DNA of 64,000 nt from NCBI GenBank assembly GCA_021825655.1, contig JAKAGU010000002.1, positions 13,129 through 77,128 of the forward strand, written 5' to 3'. The DNA is from a bacterium. GTDB lineage: Bacteria; Patescibacteriota; Doudnabacteria; UBA920. Numbering within the stretch: position 1 is the stretch's first letter; the number at the start of each line of letters is the position of its first letter. Positions 35,165 through 43,930 of the stretch are shown here, in pieces. The notes below the pieces were generated by a model. The model did no database searches and had not been told where the DNA came from. It saw only the letters and a list, made by a program, of their open reading frames with translations. A program made the position numbers and the translations under genes.

Positions 35165-35728
35165 TCACTGTTTTTGGATAAAACTCGCCTGCAGCCGGCT
35201 TAGGGCCCTGTGATACAGGCTTTTTACAGTATTCACCGGCTTTCGTGTAGTCAGGGCTATTTCCCGGAAGCTCAAACCCTGCTCGTGGCGCAAAACTACA
35301 ACTTGGGCATACTTGGGGGACAATTTACCCACCGCAGAACCCAATTTTTGGGCAAAGAGACTGTTTTCCGCGGAAACCTCGGGCAGAGGCTGGACATCCG
35401 CCACATTTTCAGCAAAAGATTCTTCACCGCTACCGCTCTCCATATCGGAAAAGGTTAGATCGCGCTTTTTTCTAAGCGAGTCCAGACAAGTGTTCCGGGC
35501 GACTTTAAAGAGCCAGGGCTTAAACAGCCTGGCAGTGTCGAACTTGCCCAAATTCCGCCAAACTTTCACAAACACCTCCTGGGTGGCGTCATCCGCTTCG
35601 GCGCGGTCGTGAAGGTAACCGTAGCAAAAACGGTAAACGGTCTGCACGTACCGGGATACCAAAATTTCCAAAGCGGATTGGTCGGTTCTCGCTGCTAGCG
35701 CTAATTGTTCATCAGAAATTTCCTGCAT
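35165..35728 (-). CDS. ECF (group IV) RNA polymerase sigma factor
   Basis: Region 2 (VQTVYRFCYGYL...DATQEVFVKVWRN) and region 4 (LSFREIALTTRKPVNTVKSLYHRAL) only. 187 aa. Confidence 0.85.
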   Translation of the reverse strand: MQEISDEQLALAARTDQSALEILVSRYVQTVYRFCYGYLHDRAEADDATQEVFVKVWRNLGKFDTARLFKPWLFKVARNTCLDSLRKKRDLTFSDMESGSGEESFAENVADVQPLPEVSAENSLFAQKLGSAVGKLSPKYAQVVVLRHEQGLSFREIALTTRKPVNTVKSLYHRALSRLQASFIQKQ

Positions 35729-35805
35729 GTTTTTCTTGCTACCGTTTAAACTGCCGTAAACTTATACCTAATATTACACTTATTTAACCCGATTATTTCA
35801 CGATT

Positions 35806-36795
35806 TTATTTAATGAACGTAGCCTCGAACGCCCAGCGCGTACATTCATCCACTTGTTTGGGGCTAAGGATGCCGTTCTTAACGAGCAGCTCCTGCTCTT
35901 TGCGGATGTTCGTACGGTACATTTCCGGCCCGTCTGTGTTGATAGTGAACTTAACCTTATGCCTTAAGAGCGTGCGGTAGATATTTTTAAGCTCTTTTAG
36001 GCTCTTGACCACGTTGTTCTTTAAATTGGAGGTGGGGCAGGTTTCCAAAACAATCCCCTGCTCAACAATTTCCGCCATCAGCTTGGCATCTTCCACGCAC
36101 TTAATGCCGTGACCCACCCGATGGGGCCTAATCTCCCTGACCACAAACCTGAGTTCTTCCAGGGATCCGGCTTCGCCTGTGTGCGCGGTAATGCCCAGAC
36201 CCGCTGCCCGCGCCTGCTCGAATAGCAGGGCATGTTTTTTCATGGAAAAATTTTTGCGCTCCGGGCCGGCCACGTCAATCCCCACAATGCCCTGGTGCCT
36301 GTATTTAATCGCTTTTTTTAAAATAATCTCGTTCATCCCGTAATTAAACATCCGGTCCATCATGACGATAATGCCCGCCTTAACCTGGGGATACTCCAAT
36401 AGTGCATGTTGCAACCCCCACAAAGCGGACATAATAATGTGATCCAAATCCCGCTCTCCGCCCCTGTTTCTGAACATGGGGTTAAAGCGCAGCTCTTGCA
36501 ACACCAAATTACATGCGCGATAGCCGCCGCCGATTACGCTCTTTACCGACTCTTCAATGGCTTCGGGCGAGGACTGAATCAGTTCCGTCCAGTGGTAAAA
36601 GTGATAGTGCATATCGTTGAGATTCTTATTCTTACGCCCTTCGCCCATGGTAATCATTTCCTCAAAATCCCAGTAGTTTTTCGACGGGAGCTTAATGCCC
36701 TGCCGGTGCGCAATAGACCAAAGAATGGAAGGGTGCACTGCCGCGCCCAAATGCGTGTGTAGCTCTGCTCTGGCTTTTTCTGTTTTTTTCGTCAT
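35806..36795 (-). CDS. add: Adenosine deaminase-family metallo-hydrolase
   Basis: N-terminal metal-binding ELHTHLGAA. The (beta/alpha)8 amidohydrolase pattern includes HTGE and a C-terminal TINTDGP (SLSTDDP-like). Confidence 0.75.
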   Translation of the reverse strand: MTKKTEKARAELHTHLGAAVHPSILWSIAHRQGIKLPSKNYWDFEEMITMGEGRKNKNLNDMHYHFYHWTELIQSSPEAIEESVKSVIGGGYRACNLVLQELRFNPMFRNRGGERDLDHIIMSALWGLQHALLEYPQVKAGIIVMMDRMFNYGMNEIILKKAIKYRHQGIVGIDVAGPERKNFSMKKHALLFEQARAAGLGITAHTGEAGSLEELRFVVREIRPHRVGHGIKCVEDAKLMAEIVEQGIVLETCPTSNLKNNVVKSLKELKNIYRTLLRHKVKFTINTDGPEMYRTNIRKEQELLVKNGILSPKQVDECTRWAFEATFIK

Positions 36796-36868
36796 AAATG
36801 TTGGCGTTTGAATTAGCTTATTCTAACAAATTTTCCCCAAATCTCAAACCACAGCCAAAATTCCTGGG

Positions 36869-38617
36869 TTATTTGCCAGCATCCAGATTGCGAGTGGGCG
36901 GCACCTGGTAATAGTTGAGAATAAACTGGGCGATTTCGCCAAAGGCCGGCGCAGCCGTAGTTTCCGCCCAGTTGACGCTGCGCGGATGGTCCACCCGGAT
37001 GAGCATTAAAAATTTCGGGTTTTCCACGGGACCGAACCCGATAAACGAACCAATGTTGTTATTGTCTTCGTATTTGCCGTCTTTGCCAGCCACCTGCGCC
37101 GTGCCCGTTTTACCGGCAATATAGTAACCGGGCACCCCGGCTTTTTTACCGTGCCCGCTTTCAATCACGCTGACCATCATGGCGGCCACAGTATTGGCGG
37201 TTTTTTCCGAAATCACCTGAGCCACCTCCTGGGGCTTGGTATTTTCTACCCTGCCGTCGGAATATATCTTGCTTTGCACCAAATAAGGTTTCATCATTTT
37301 GCCCTGGTTGGCAATGGCGGTAAACGCCTGGATCAGCTGGATGGGGGTAATGGTAATTCCCTGCCCGAAAGTCGCCGTGTCAAAACTGGCCGCGATGTTG
37401 GCCTTTAAATTATCCAGATTGCCTTTGGTTTCCGGCAGCTCCACCCCAGTCAATTTGCCAAAACCGAATTTCTTGATGTAATCGAAAAAAGTCTTATTGC
37501 CAATCTGTTCCTTGGCAAAAATCACGCCTGTGTTCAAAGACTGCTCCAGCACCTGGGTCATGGTTTGCAGGCCACGGGCTTTTTTGTCGAAATTTTTTAT
37601 GGTAAAGTTGTCGACTTTTACTTCCCCGGTATCAATGTATGTGGTGTCGGGGGTAATCTTGCCTTCATTGATCGCAGCGGCCATGGTCAGGGGCTTGAAA
37701 ACCGACCCCGGCTCATAATTACCCGTGACGTTTTCATTCATAAATACCTTTGGGTCAGTTTGTTTGTTAAATTCGTTGGGGTTGAAGTTGGGATACCCGG
37801 CCATGGCCAAAATCGCCCCTGTGCTGGGATTTACCACGAGCACGCTGCCGCTGTCCGCTGAATTTTTTTCCACAGCGTCCTTCAGCACGCTTTCCGCCTT
37901 AAACTGAATCGTCCGGTCAATGGTTAGCACCAAATTTACGCCGTCTTCCGCAGGCTGGAAATCTCTTTCTCCGCCGAAAATCCATTCTCCGCCCAAACCT
38001 CTCTCCTGTTTCAGCTCGCCGGATTTTCCCGCAAGTTCATTTTGGAAACTCCTTTCCAGGCCGTACAGGCCGACTTTTTGGGTTTGGTTGTCCTGATTGT
38101 AGCCGACAAAGCCCAGAACCTGGCTCAGCAGTTCATTTTGCGGGTACGACCGGGTCTCCTCGGCATCAAAATAGATGCCAGGCAGCTTCAAGTCTTCCAC
38201 CTTGCGCTGTTCGTCTTCGGTTAACTGTTTTTTGATGGGCACATATTTCCGGCTGGTATCGGAAATCTTTGCCAGTACGTCTTCCGGGGCCAGGCCCAGA
38301 ACTTCTGCCAGGCTGGCGGCCGTGCTTTTGGGATTCTGAATTTCTTGGGGCACGGCATATGCCAGGTATTTCTCAATATTGGTGGCCAAGGGCACGGTTT
38401 CTTGGCTGACCTGGTCCACCAGCTTAATTTCCCCGCGGCTGGGTAATAATTTTTTGTAAATACTGTGCTGGGCCTGGGCCAGAACCCGGATTTGGCTGCC
38501 TACCACCACTTGCAGATAAAATAAACGCGCCAGGATAATCAAAAAAAGCAGCAACAAAAAAGCAGTCACAAGGCTGCTTCTTGAACCAAAGGGGCTTGGA
38601 CGGCTCTTTCTAACCAT
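36869..38617 (-). CDS. ftsI: Peptidoglycan D,D-transpeptidase (class B PBP, FtsI/PBP2-like)
   Basis: N-terminal TM, a dimerisation domain, and transpeptidase motifs SVFKP (SxxK), SxN and KTGTA. Confidence 0.85.
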   Translation of the reverse strand: MVRKSRPSPFGSRSSLVTAFLLLLFLIILARLFYLQVVVGSQIRVLAQAQHSIYKKLLPSRGEIKLVDQVSQETVPLATNIEKYLAYAVPQEIQNPKSTAASLAEVLGLAPEDVLAKISDTSRKYVPIKKQLTEDEQRKVEDLKLPGIYFDAEETRSYPQNELLSQVLGFVGYNQDNQTQKVGLYGLERSFQNELAGKSGELKQERGLGGEWIFGGERDFQPAEDGVNLVLTIDRTIQFKAESVLKDAVEKNSADSGSVLVVNPSTGAILAMAGYPNFNPNEFNKQTDPKVFMNENVTGNYEPGSVFKPLTMAAAINEGKITPDTTYIDTGEVKVDNFTIKNFDKKARGLQTMTQVLEQSLNTGVIFAKEQIGNKTFFDYIKKFGFGKLTGVELPETKGNLDNLKANIAASFDTATFGQGITITPIQLIQAFTAIANQGKMMKPYLVQSKIYSDGRVENTKPQEVAQVISEKTANTVAAMMVSVIESGHGKKAGVPGYYIAGKTGTAQVAGKDGKYEDNNNIGSFIGFGPVENPKFLMLIRVDHPRSVNWAETTAAPAFGEIAQFILNYYQVPPTRNLDAGK

Positions 38618-38634
38618 GTGCTTGCAGGCTTAGT

Positions 38635-39003
38635 TTATCTTTGAGTCAGCCGGGTCGATTCCAGAAACACCGGGGTCTCGGCCGGGACAAAATTGGCGCT
38701 TAAGAAGCCCTCCTGGATACTCACCATGGAAGTATTTTCCGCAAGCTTCAAGTTCAATTTCTTCTGCGCATCGGTCAGGTCGGTTATCTGCTGCTGCATT
38801 TTCTTTATTTCATAGCCTTTGGAAGAATTGCCGTTAACCTCCACAAAATAACCCAGCAGCAAATAAGCATTTAATGCCAGCAAAAAAAGCGCGGCAAACA
38901 AGCGCAACGGATGGTTCTGGCTCTTAACCCGGCCTTTTTTGGCCGCTTGGCTGAGAGTGTCGGCAGTAGAGAAAAAATTGGATAAAGTTAGGGTTTTCAG
39001 CAT
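38635..39003 (-). CDS. ftsL: Cell-division protein FtsL-like (single TM + coiled coil)
   Basis: Position between rsmH and ftsI. TM at residues about 40-60 followed by a predicted coiled coil. Confidence 0.5.
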   Translation of the reverse strand: MLKTLTLSNFFSTADTLSQAAKKGRVKSQNHPLRLFAALFLLALNAYLLLGYFVEVNGNSSKGYEIKKMQQQITDLTDAQKKLNLKLAENTSMVSIQEGFLSANFVPAETPVFLESTRLTQR

Positions 39004-39036
39004 AAAAATTTTTAGTTTTTGGTTTTTGGTTTTAAA

Positions 39037-39981
39037 TTAAAGTTTAAGTGCGGCGCGCAGCTTTGCCGGACGGCTGCGGCTGTTTGCCGCAAGCTCGGCC
39101 TCCGAAGCGGTGACCGGTTTTTTAGTTAAAATTTTCAGCAGCGGACTTTTGCCGCAAACGCATTGTGGAAAATCGGGCGGGCAAATACAGCCTTTGGCCA
39201 GCTGGTTGAAAAACTCCTTCACAATGCGGTCTTCCAGGGAATGGAAGGACACTACGGCCAGGCGCCCGCCGGCGGACAAAATGTCAAAGGCTTTGGGCAA
39301 AAAATCTTGCAAATTTTCCAGCTCATGGTTGACCGCAATCCTCAGGGCTTGGAATACCCGGCGCGCGCTGTCCGCAGCCTTATGCTTCACCGGCTTGGGC
39401 AGAGCCGCTTGAATCAGTTCATACAGCTGGCCGGTTTTATGCAACTTCAGGCCATCGGCCTGGCTGGCCTTAATCCGCCGCGCAATCTGCCGGCTGAACT
39501 TTTCTTCGCCATACTCCCTGAAGATTTTTTCCAGTTCGGCCTCGCTGCGGCTGGTCAGCAAAAACCTGGCGTCTTCGGGCTGGCTTTGGTCAAACCTCAT
39601 ATCGAGCGGTTCATCTTTTTGGAAAGACAAGCCCCGACCCGACTGATCCAGCTCATAGCTGGAAAAACCGATATCCGCAACTATCCCGTGAATTTGATTT
39701 AACTTGTGTTTTTCGGCAATTTTGTCTATGTTTCTAAAATTTTCCTGAACAATGTTCCAGTTTTGGTTTTGCTGCGCGAGCCGCCTGGCAGACTCCACGG
39801 CGTCGCTGTCCAAATCAATAGAAACTAATCTGCCTTTTTTCCCAATTTTGCGCAGGATGGCTTGGCTGTAGCCCGCGCCGCCCAAAGTCGCATCTATAAA
39901 AATTTCGCCCGGCTGGGGGTTAATCAGGCCCATCACCTCCTGGAGCAAAACCGGCTGGTGGAAATAATCCTGTTTGTCCAT
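39037..39981 (-). CDS. rsmH: 16S rRNA (cytosine1402-N4)-methyltransferase
   Basis: HQPVLLQEV...DATLGGAGYS ... SFHSLEDRIVK, classic MraW/RsmH. Confidence 0.9.
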   Translation of the reverse strand: MDKQDYFHQPVLLQEVMGLINPQPGEIFIDATLGGAGYSQAILRKIGKKGRLVSIDLDSDAVESARRLAQQNQNWNIVQENFRNIDKIAEKHKLNQIHGIVADIGFSSYELDQSGRGLSFQKDEPLDMRFDQSQPEDARFLLTSRSEAELEKIFREYGEEKFSRQIARRIKASQADGLKLHKTGQLYELIQAALPKPVKHKAADSARRVFQALRIAVNHELENLQDFLPKAFDILSAGGRLAVVSFHSLEDRIVKEFFNQLAKGCICPPDFPQCVCGKSPLLKILTKKPVTASEAELAANSRSRPAKLRAALKL

Positions 39982-39999
39982 GCAGCAACCCTAAGCTAA

Positions 40000-40431
40000 T
40001 TAAACTCCCAGACTGCCCAGCTGCTCAGCGATGGCGTTGCTGGCTGCTTCGGTCTGCGTCTTATACGCCTGCCAGAGTTCTTCGCTCCACAACTCAATGC
40101 GGTTGTACAAGCCAGCGCAAACCACTTTTTTACTGATCTTCGCGAAATCTTTCAAGTACCCGGGCAGAATTATCCTACCCTGTTTATCCACATCGCAATC
40201 CATGGCTCCAGCCAGCATCAAACGGGAAAAAGCTCGCGTGTTGGCAGTAGAAATTGGGAGACTAGCCAATTTTTCCGCCAGCTTTTTCCACTCCTCGACG
40301 CTGTATAGAAACAAGGAATTATCCAAACCTCTGGTAACCACCACTTTGGCTTTCAATTGCGCCCTGAATTTTACCGGGATGGCGATTCTGCCTTTGTCGT
40401 CTATGGTACCCTGATATTCTCCGATAAACAT
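40000..40431 (-). CDS. mraZ: Transcriptional regulator MraZ
   Basis: Tandem MraZ half-domains with DxxxR motifs (DDKGRIAIP, DKQGRIILP). 143 aa. Confidence 0.9.
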   Translation of the reverse strand: MFIGEYQGTIDDKGRIAIPVKFRAQLKAKVVVTRGLDNSLFLYSVEEWKKLAEKLASLPISTANTRAFSRLMLAGAMDCDVDKQGRIILPGYLKDFAKISKKVVCAGLYNRIELWSEELWQAYKTQTEAASNAIAEQLGSLGV

Positions 40432-40475
40432 TTTAAAAATCTGTTAATTAAGCCTTATGGCAGTAGGGATAAGTG

Positions 40476-40511
40476 CTAAATTTGTTATCCACAATACTCT
40501 CCACTTATCCC
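40476..40511 (-). promoter_or_regulatory. Candidate MraZ operator: four GTGGN direct repeats at about 10-bp spacing upstream of mraZ
   Basis: Minus-strand read: GTGGAttaaaGTGGGgataaGTGGAgagtattGTGGA, 45-80 bp upstream of the mraZ start codon. Confidence 0.45.
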
Positions 40512-40588
40512 CACTTTAATCCACTTTTTACCATTTCATACTCATTATATACCACTCCCCTCCATTGGTCAAAACCGTCCAACATAAA

Positions 40589-40622
40589 AAAACCCGCACT
40601 TTCATGCGGTTTAAGCCTTGTG
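40589..40622 (-). terminator. Rho-independent terminator downstream of the SpoU methyltransferase gene
   Basis: Minus strand: CCGCATGAAAGTGCGGG followed by TTTTTTT. Confidence 0.55.
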
Positions 40623-40756
40623 GGTAATAATCCCTAATATTCTATCCACAGAAATCCTGGAATTTTTTGCAGTCGCAATTAAACACTGTATTTTTATTTA
40701 TTAAGCCATAAAAAATTATAAAACACAAAAAGTTAGGACAAAAAAATGCTTTTGTA

Positions 40757-41254
40757 CTAACCTCTTACGCCATACGCCGCTATTCCAAAGGCTACAGCCA
40801 CGTTCAGGCTTTCTTTTTTTCCCAACATGGGAATTTCAACTGCCCCATCACATAGCCTTAAAACGGGTTTGGGGATGCCTTTGGTCTCTTCGCCCAAAAC
40901 CAAAGCCAAAGGAAACCGGAACTTAGCCCGCCTTAAACTCTTGGCTTTTACGTTATTTTCCAAGGCCAGAACTTTGGCCCCTTGCTTCTGCAAGGCCTTA
41001 ATGAGCTTTACTGCGGACTTTTGGTGTTCCCAAGGGATAAAATTTTCCGCCCCCAAGGCGCTTTTGGCGATTTTCTGCCTGTGGATAACATTTTCCGGCG
41101 TACCTGTGTACCCGGTAAGGTAAATTTTATCCACGCCAAAAGCGTCGGCAGTCCTGAAAATGGAGCCAACATTGTAAAGCGAACGGATGTTGTGCGCGAT
41201 GACAAAAAAAGTTTCGGATTTGCCCATGGCAATTACCGTTTTAATCCGCCCCAT
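40757..41254 (-). CDS. SpoU/TrmH-family RNA 2'-O-methyltransferase
   Basis: SPOUT motifs: HNIRSLYNVGSIFRTADAFG, LALVLGEE..G and a C-terminal ...IPMLGKKESLNVAVAFGIAAY. Start placed at the internal MGRIKT, so the upstream ORF start is probably not used. Confidence 0.75.
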   Translation of the reverse strand: MGRIKTVIAMGKSETFFVIAHNIRSLYNVGSIFRTADAFGVDKIYLTGYTGTPENVIHRQKIAKSALGAENFIPWEHQKSAVKLIKALQKQGAKVLALENNVKAKSLRRAKFRFPLALVLGEETKGIPKPVLRLCDGAVEIPMLGKKESLNVAVAFGIAAYGVRG

Positions 41255-43080
41255 TCCACCAGCGTAAAGCCGCGCCGGACGGGATGATACAGAGTTTGGG
41301 GCTTGGGCAGCACATGCGGCTGGGTGACCAAAGGCGACCAATCCAAAAACACGCGGATTGTGGCATCCGGCCGCGGGACAACCTGCATGGGGATGAACTT
41401 ATTCATTTCTTCGGTTTGGAAAAAAGAGATGCGGTAATAAGGCGCATTTTTTGAAAGCAACTCCGGCACCCAATAGTCCGTCATATCCTGGCGCTCTTTC
41501 CGGTTTAAGCCAATTTCCTCAAGCTTCCTCTCCAGAAAGCCGCTTACCTCGCTTTTGGGCACAATCCACCCCCCGCTCGCCTCCGGGTAATTCCCCGTGG
41601 CCTGCCCGGCCCAAAACAGATACGGATAGGTTCCGGCTAAGCAGGCTGCCTGGGCATATTCAGAATCTTTCTCCGTATAATCAATCTTGCCGCAGTCAGT
41701 GAACTGTGGCTGCAAGTCATAAAGCGTGCCGTCGGGATTGGCCAGCACATCCCACTTATCCTGAATAAAAGGAATGGCCTTGGAAATATTCATTGGCTTT
41801 GCAAACCGGACCGTAACCTCGGTCGGTTTTGGGGGGTACAAATAAATTACCGGCTTGCCGCAACCCCCGGCCAGCAAATAGTCAACCTCCCCCACCCCGA
41901 CCCAGCGATCCCAGGGGTCTTTAAAGACAAGAACGGGGTTTTTGGAGGTATATTGGTTTAAATCCGGGGGGCTGGTTTTGTTGACGTCCGTAAACCACTG
42001 CCCTGCCGCAGCAACCTTGGCGTAATATTCACCTTTGTTGAGTGCAAAATTTTTGTCTTTAAACCCGTAGAGCTCAACCCCGTTCGCGGTCCGGCCGATT
42101 TTAAGCAAATCATCGGTGCTGATATTCTTCAGCACGTAGGTGGAAGCGGTCGGTGAAGCGCAGCCGTAAATTAACGCCTGGCCGTAATTTTCGTAAGTCG
42201 GAGCATTGGAACTGAAATCCGATTTCTTATAAAAATTCTGGTAAGCCAATGAAGGGTAGCCGGACGGCTGGCCAGCCGTTTCCGCCTGCGCCCTGCCATG
42301 GGATTCTATTGAACGAAATTGGTAGCTAAAAACCAGGCCCGCCTGGTCCCTGACATAGACATCCGCGGAAGCCTGGAGGTATTTTTTACGGACGGCCGCA
42401 AAATCCATAAAATCCGGGTCCGTATTGCCGTAATTAGACACATCAGCCAAAGGCAAGGCGAAAAAATCCAAAGACGGAGTGTTACTGAGAAGCTGCGTGC
42501 TCTCTGCCGGCAAAACATCCCAGCTAATATTATTTCTGACGAGCACAAAATTACCCACCGTAATTTCCGCCGGATGATTGACGGGTATAGCATCCGCACT
42601 CGTAACCCTGGCTTTGTTAAAATTGCTTTCTGGGCTGTTAAGACTTTGGAGCACGTACTGCGGTGTCGTGCCGGAGTCCAAAACAAAAGTCCGGTAGTCT
42701 TTCGTCGCTAAAATGTACGAAGCGCCCCCGCTGGGATCGTCCGCGGTTTCAAAGGCCGCAAGACGGTGATAACCCCGATATTGCCCCGTCTCCACCAGGC
42801 CGTCATCCTGGTACTTGACCTCAGGCATAAATTTATTCGCCTGGTCTGAAGGCGTGACAACAAACAAGCCATATTGGTCCTGGGTAATAGGCAAAGGCTT
42901 AGTGGCCTGGCTGGCAGCAACAGGCGGCGTGGCCGTGGCAGAAGGGCTAAGATTTTCCTTTGCGGGAGCATTGGTCTCAATAGGCCTGGCCTGCGGCGGC
43001 AACCGCAAATAAAAATAAACACCCGCGGCAACAGCTGCGGCCAGCCCGAGTATGAAAATCGCCCAGTAGGCTTTTTTCAT
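41233..43080 (-). CDS. Large secreted hypothetical protein (615 aa)
   Basis: N-terminal signal anchor MKKAYWAIFILGLAAAVAAGVYFY and a Pro/Ala/Thr-rich linker. No recognised domain. Confidence 0.5.
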   Translation of the reverse strand: MKKAYWAIFILGLAAAVAAGVYFYLRLPPQARPIETNAPAKENLSPSATATPPVAASQATKPLPITQDQYGLFVVTPSDQANKFMPEVKYQDDGLVETGQYRGYHRLAAFETADDPSGGASYILATKDYRTFVLDSGTTPQYVLQSLNSPESNFNKARVTSADAIPVNHPAEITVGNFVLVRNNISWDVLPAESTQLLSNTPSLDFFALPLADVSNYGNTDPDFMDFAAVRKKYLQASADVYVRDQAGLVFSYQFRSIESHGRAQAETAGQPSGYPSLAYQNFYKKSDFSSNAPTYENYGQALIYGCASPTASTYVLKNISTDDLLKIGRTANGVELYGFKDKNFALNKGEYYAKVAAAGQWFTDVNKTSPPDLNQYTSKNPVLVFKDPWDRWVGVGEVDYLLAGGCGKPVIYLYPPKPTEVTVRFAKPMNISKAIPFIQDKWDVLANPDGTLYDLQPQFTDCGKIDYTEKDSEYAQAACLAGTYPYLFWAGQATGNYPEASGGWIVPKSEVSGFLERKLEEIGLNRKERQDMTDYWVPELLSKNAPYYRISFFQTEEMNKFIPMQVVPRPDATIRVFLDWSPLVTQPHVLPKPQTLYHPVRRGFTLVEWGGLKR

Positions 43081-43081
43081 G

Positions 43082-43501
43082 CTAGGCCATTAAATTCAGA
43101 TTAAACTCGGGGTTATTCTGCCGCCCAATCCTGCCTTCCAGTTTGATAAAGAAAACTTCACAGGTAGCCAGAGCCACCAGCTTAAACACGTGCCCCCCGA
43201 TAACGGAAAAGTCCGTCCGGCCAAAAGAACCATGAGCGTGGAGGCTGGGTTTGCCCTCATGGACGGAGACGTTGCCCATAAGCGAAATAATTTCAAAATT
43301 TTCTACCAGCGGCTTGGAACGGTACTGTTTAAGGAAAGGGTTGTAAAAACCCAAGTCTGCCTCGGAAACCGTGCCAATACCCCAAAAGACCCCGGCATCA
43401 ATCTGGTTTTTTGAGGCAAACTCAGCCAGGCCGGCAAACACCTCTTCCCCCTTGTCGAAACGCAGCATATACCTGCGGCTGTCCTGAAGAATGATTTTCA
43501 T
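43082..43501 (-). CDS. PPC (DUF296, PCC) domain protein
   Basis: 139 aa. GxxEV...L.EF... EI.SL.G.VS....P..H.H...G... pattern of the plants-and-prokaryotes-conserved domain. Confidence 0.6.
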   Translation of the reverse strand: MKIILQDSRRYMLRFDKGEEVFAGLAEFASKNQIDAGVFWGIGTVSEADLGFYNPFLKQYRSKPLVENFEIISLMGNVSVHEGKPSLHAHGSFGRTDFSVIGGHVFKLVALATCEVFFIKLEGRIGRQNNPEFNLNLMA

Positions 43502-43511
43502 AAAAATTGAA

Positions 43512-43895
43512 TTAAGCCAGGCGGATAGTGCGGTTCAGCACATCCTCGACTTTTTGGATTATATCAGCCGTAGATTGGTCGCTTTTCAGCAAATAGTCCA
43601 TGGCTCCGGCGTCAAAAATCTTGGCTATGGTACCCGCATCCCCGATATTTGTCAGGACGATAACGGCAATACCTGAGGTGGCGGGGTTGGCGCGCAGCTC
43701 CCAAAGCACGGAAATACCGTCCAACTTGGGCATCATAATGTCCAAAAGCATAATTTCCGGCAAGCTTTCTTTAGCTAAGGCCACGGCCTGCTCGCCGTCG
43801 TAAGCAGGTGTAACATCATAACCTTTGGCCTTTAAAGCCGTACAGAGTGATTCAGAAATCATCTTATCGTCTTCGGCTACAACGATTTTTGTCAT
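43512..43895 (-). CDS. Single-domain response regulator (CheY-like receiver)
   Basis: KIVVAEDD...D-(10)...LLDIMMPKLDG...VIVLT...K receiver motifs. 127 aa, no output domain. Confidence 0.85.
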   Translation of the reverse strand: MTKIVVAEDDKMISESLCTALKAKGYDVTPAYDGEQAVALAKESLPEIMLLDIMMPKLDGISVLWELRANPATSGIAVIVLTNIGDAGTIAKIFDAGAMDYLLKSDQSTADIIQKVEDVLNRTIRLA

Positions 43896-43930
43896 ATTTT
43901 ACGTCTCCTCCGGTCCTACAGACCGTGAAA

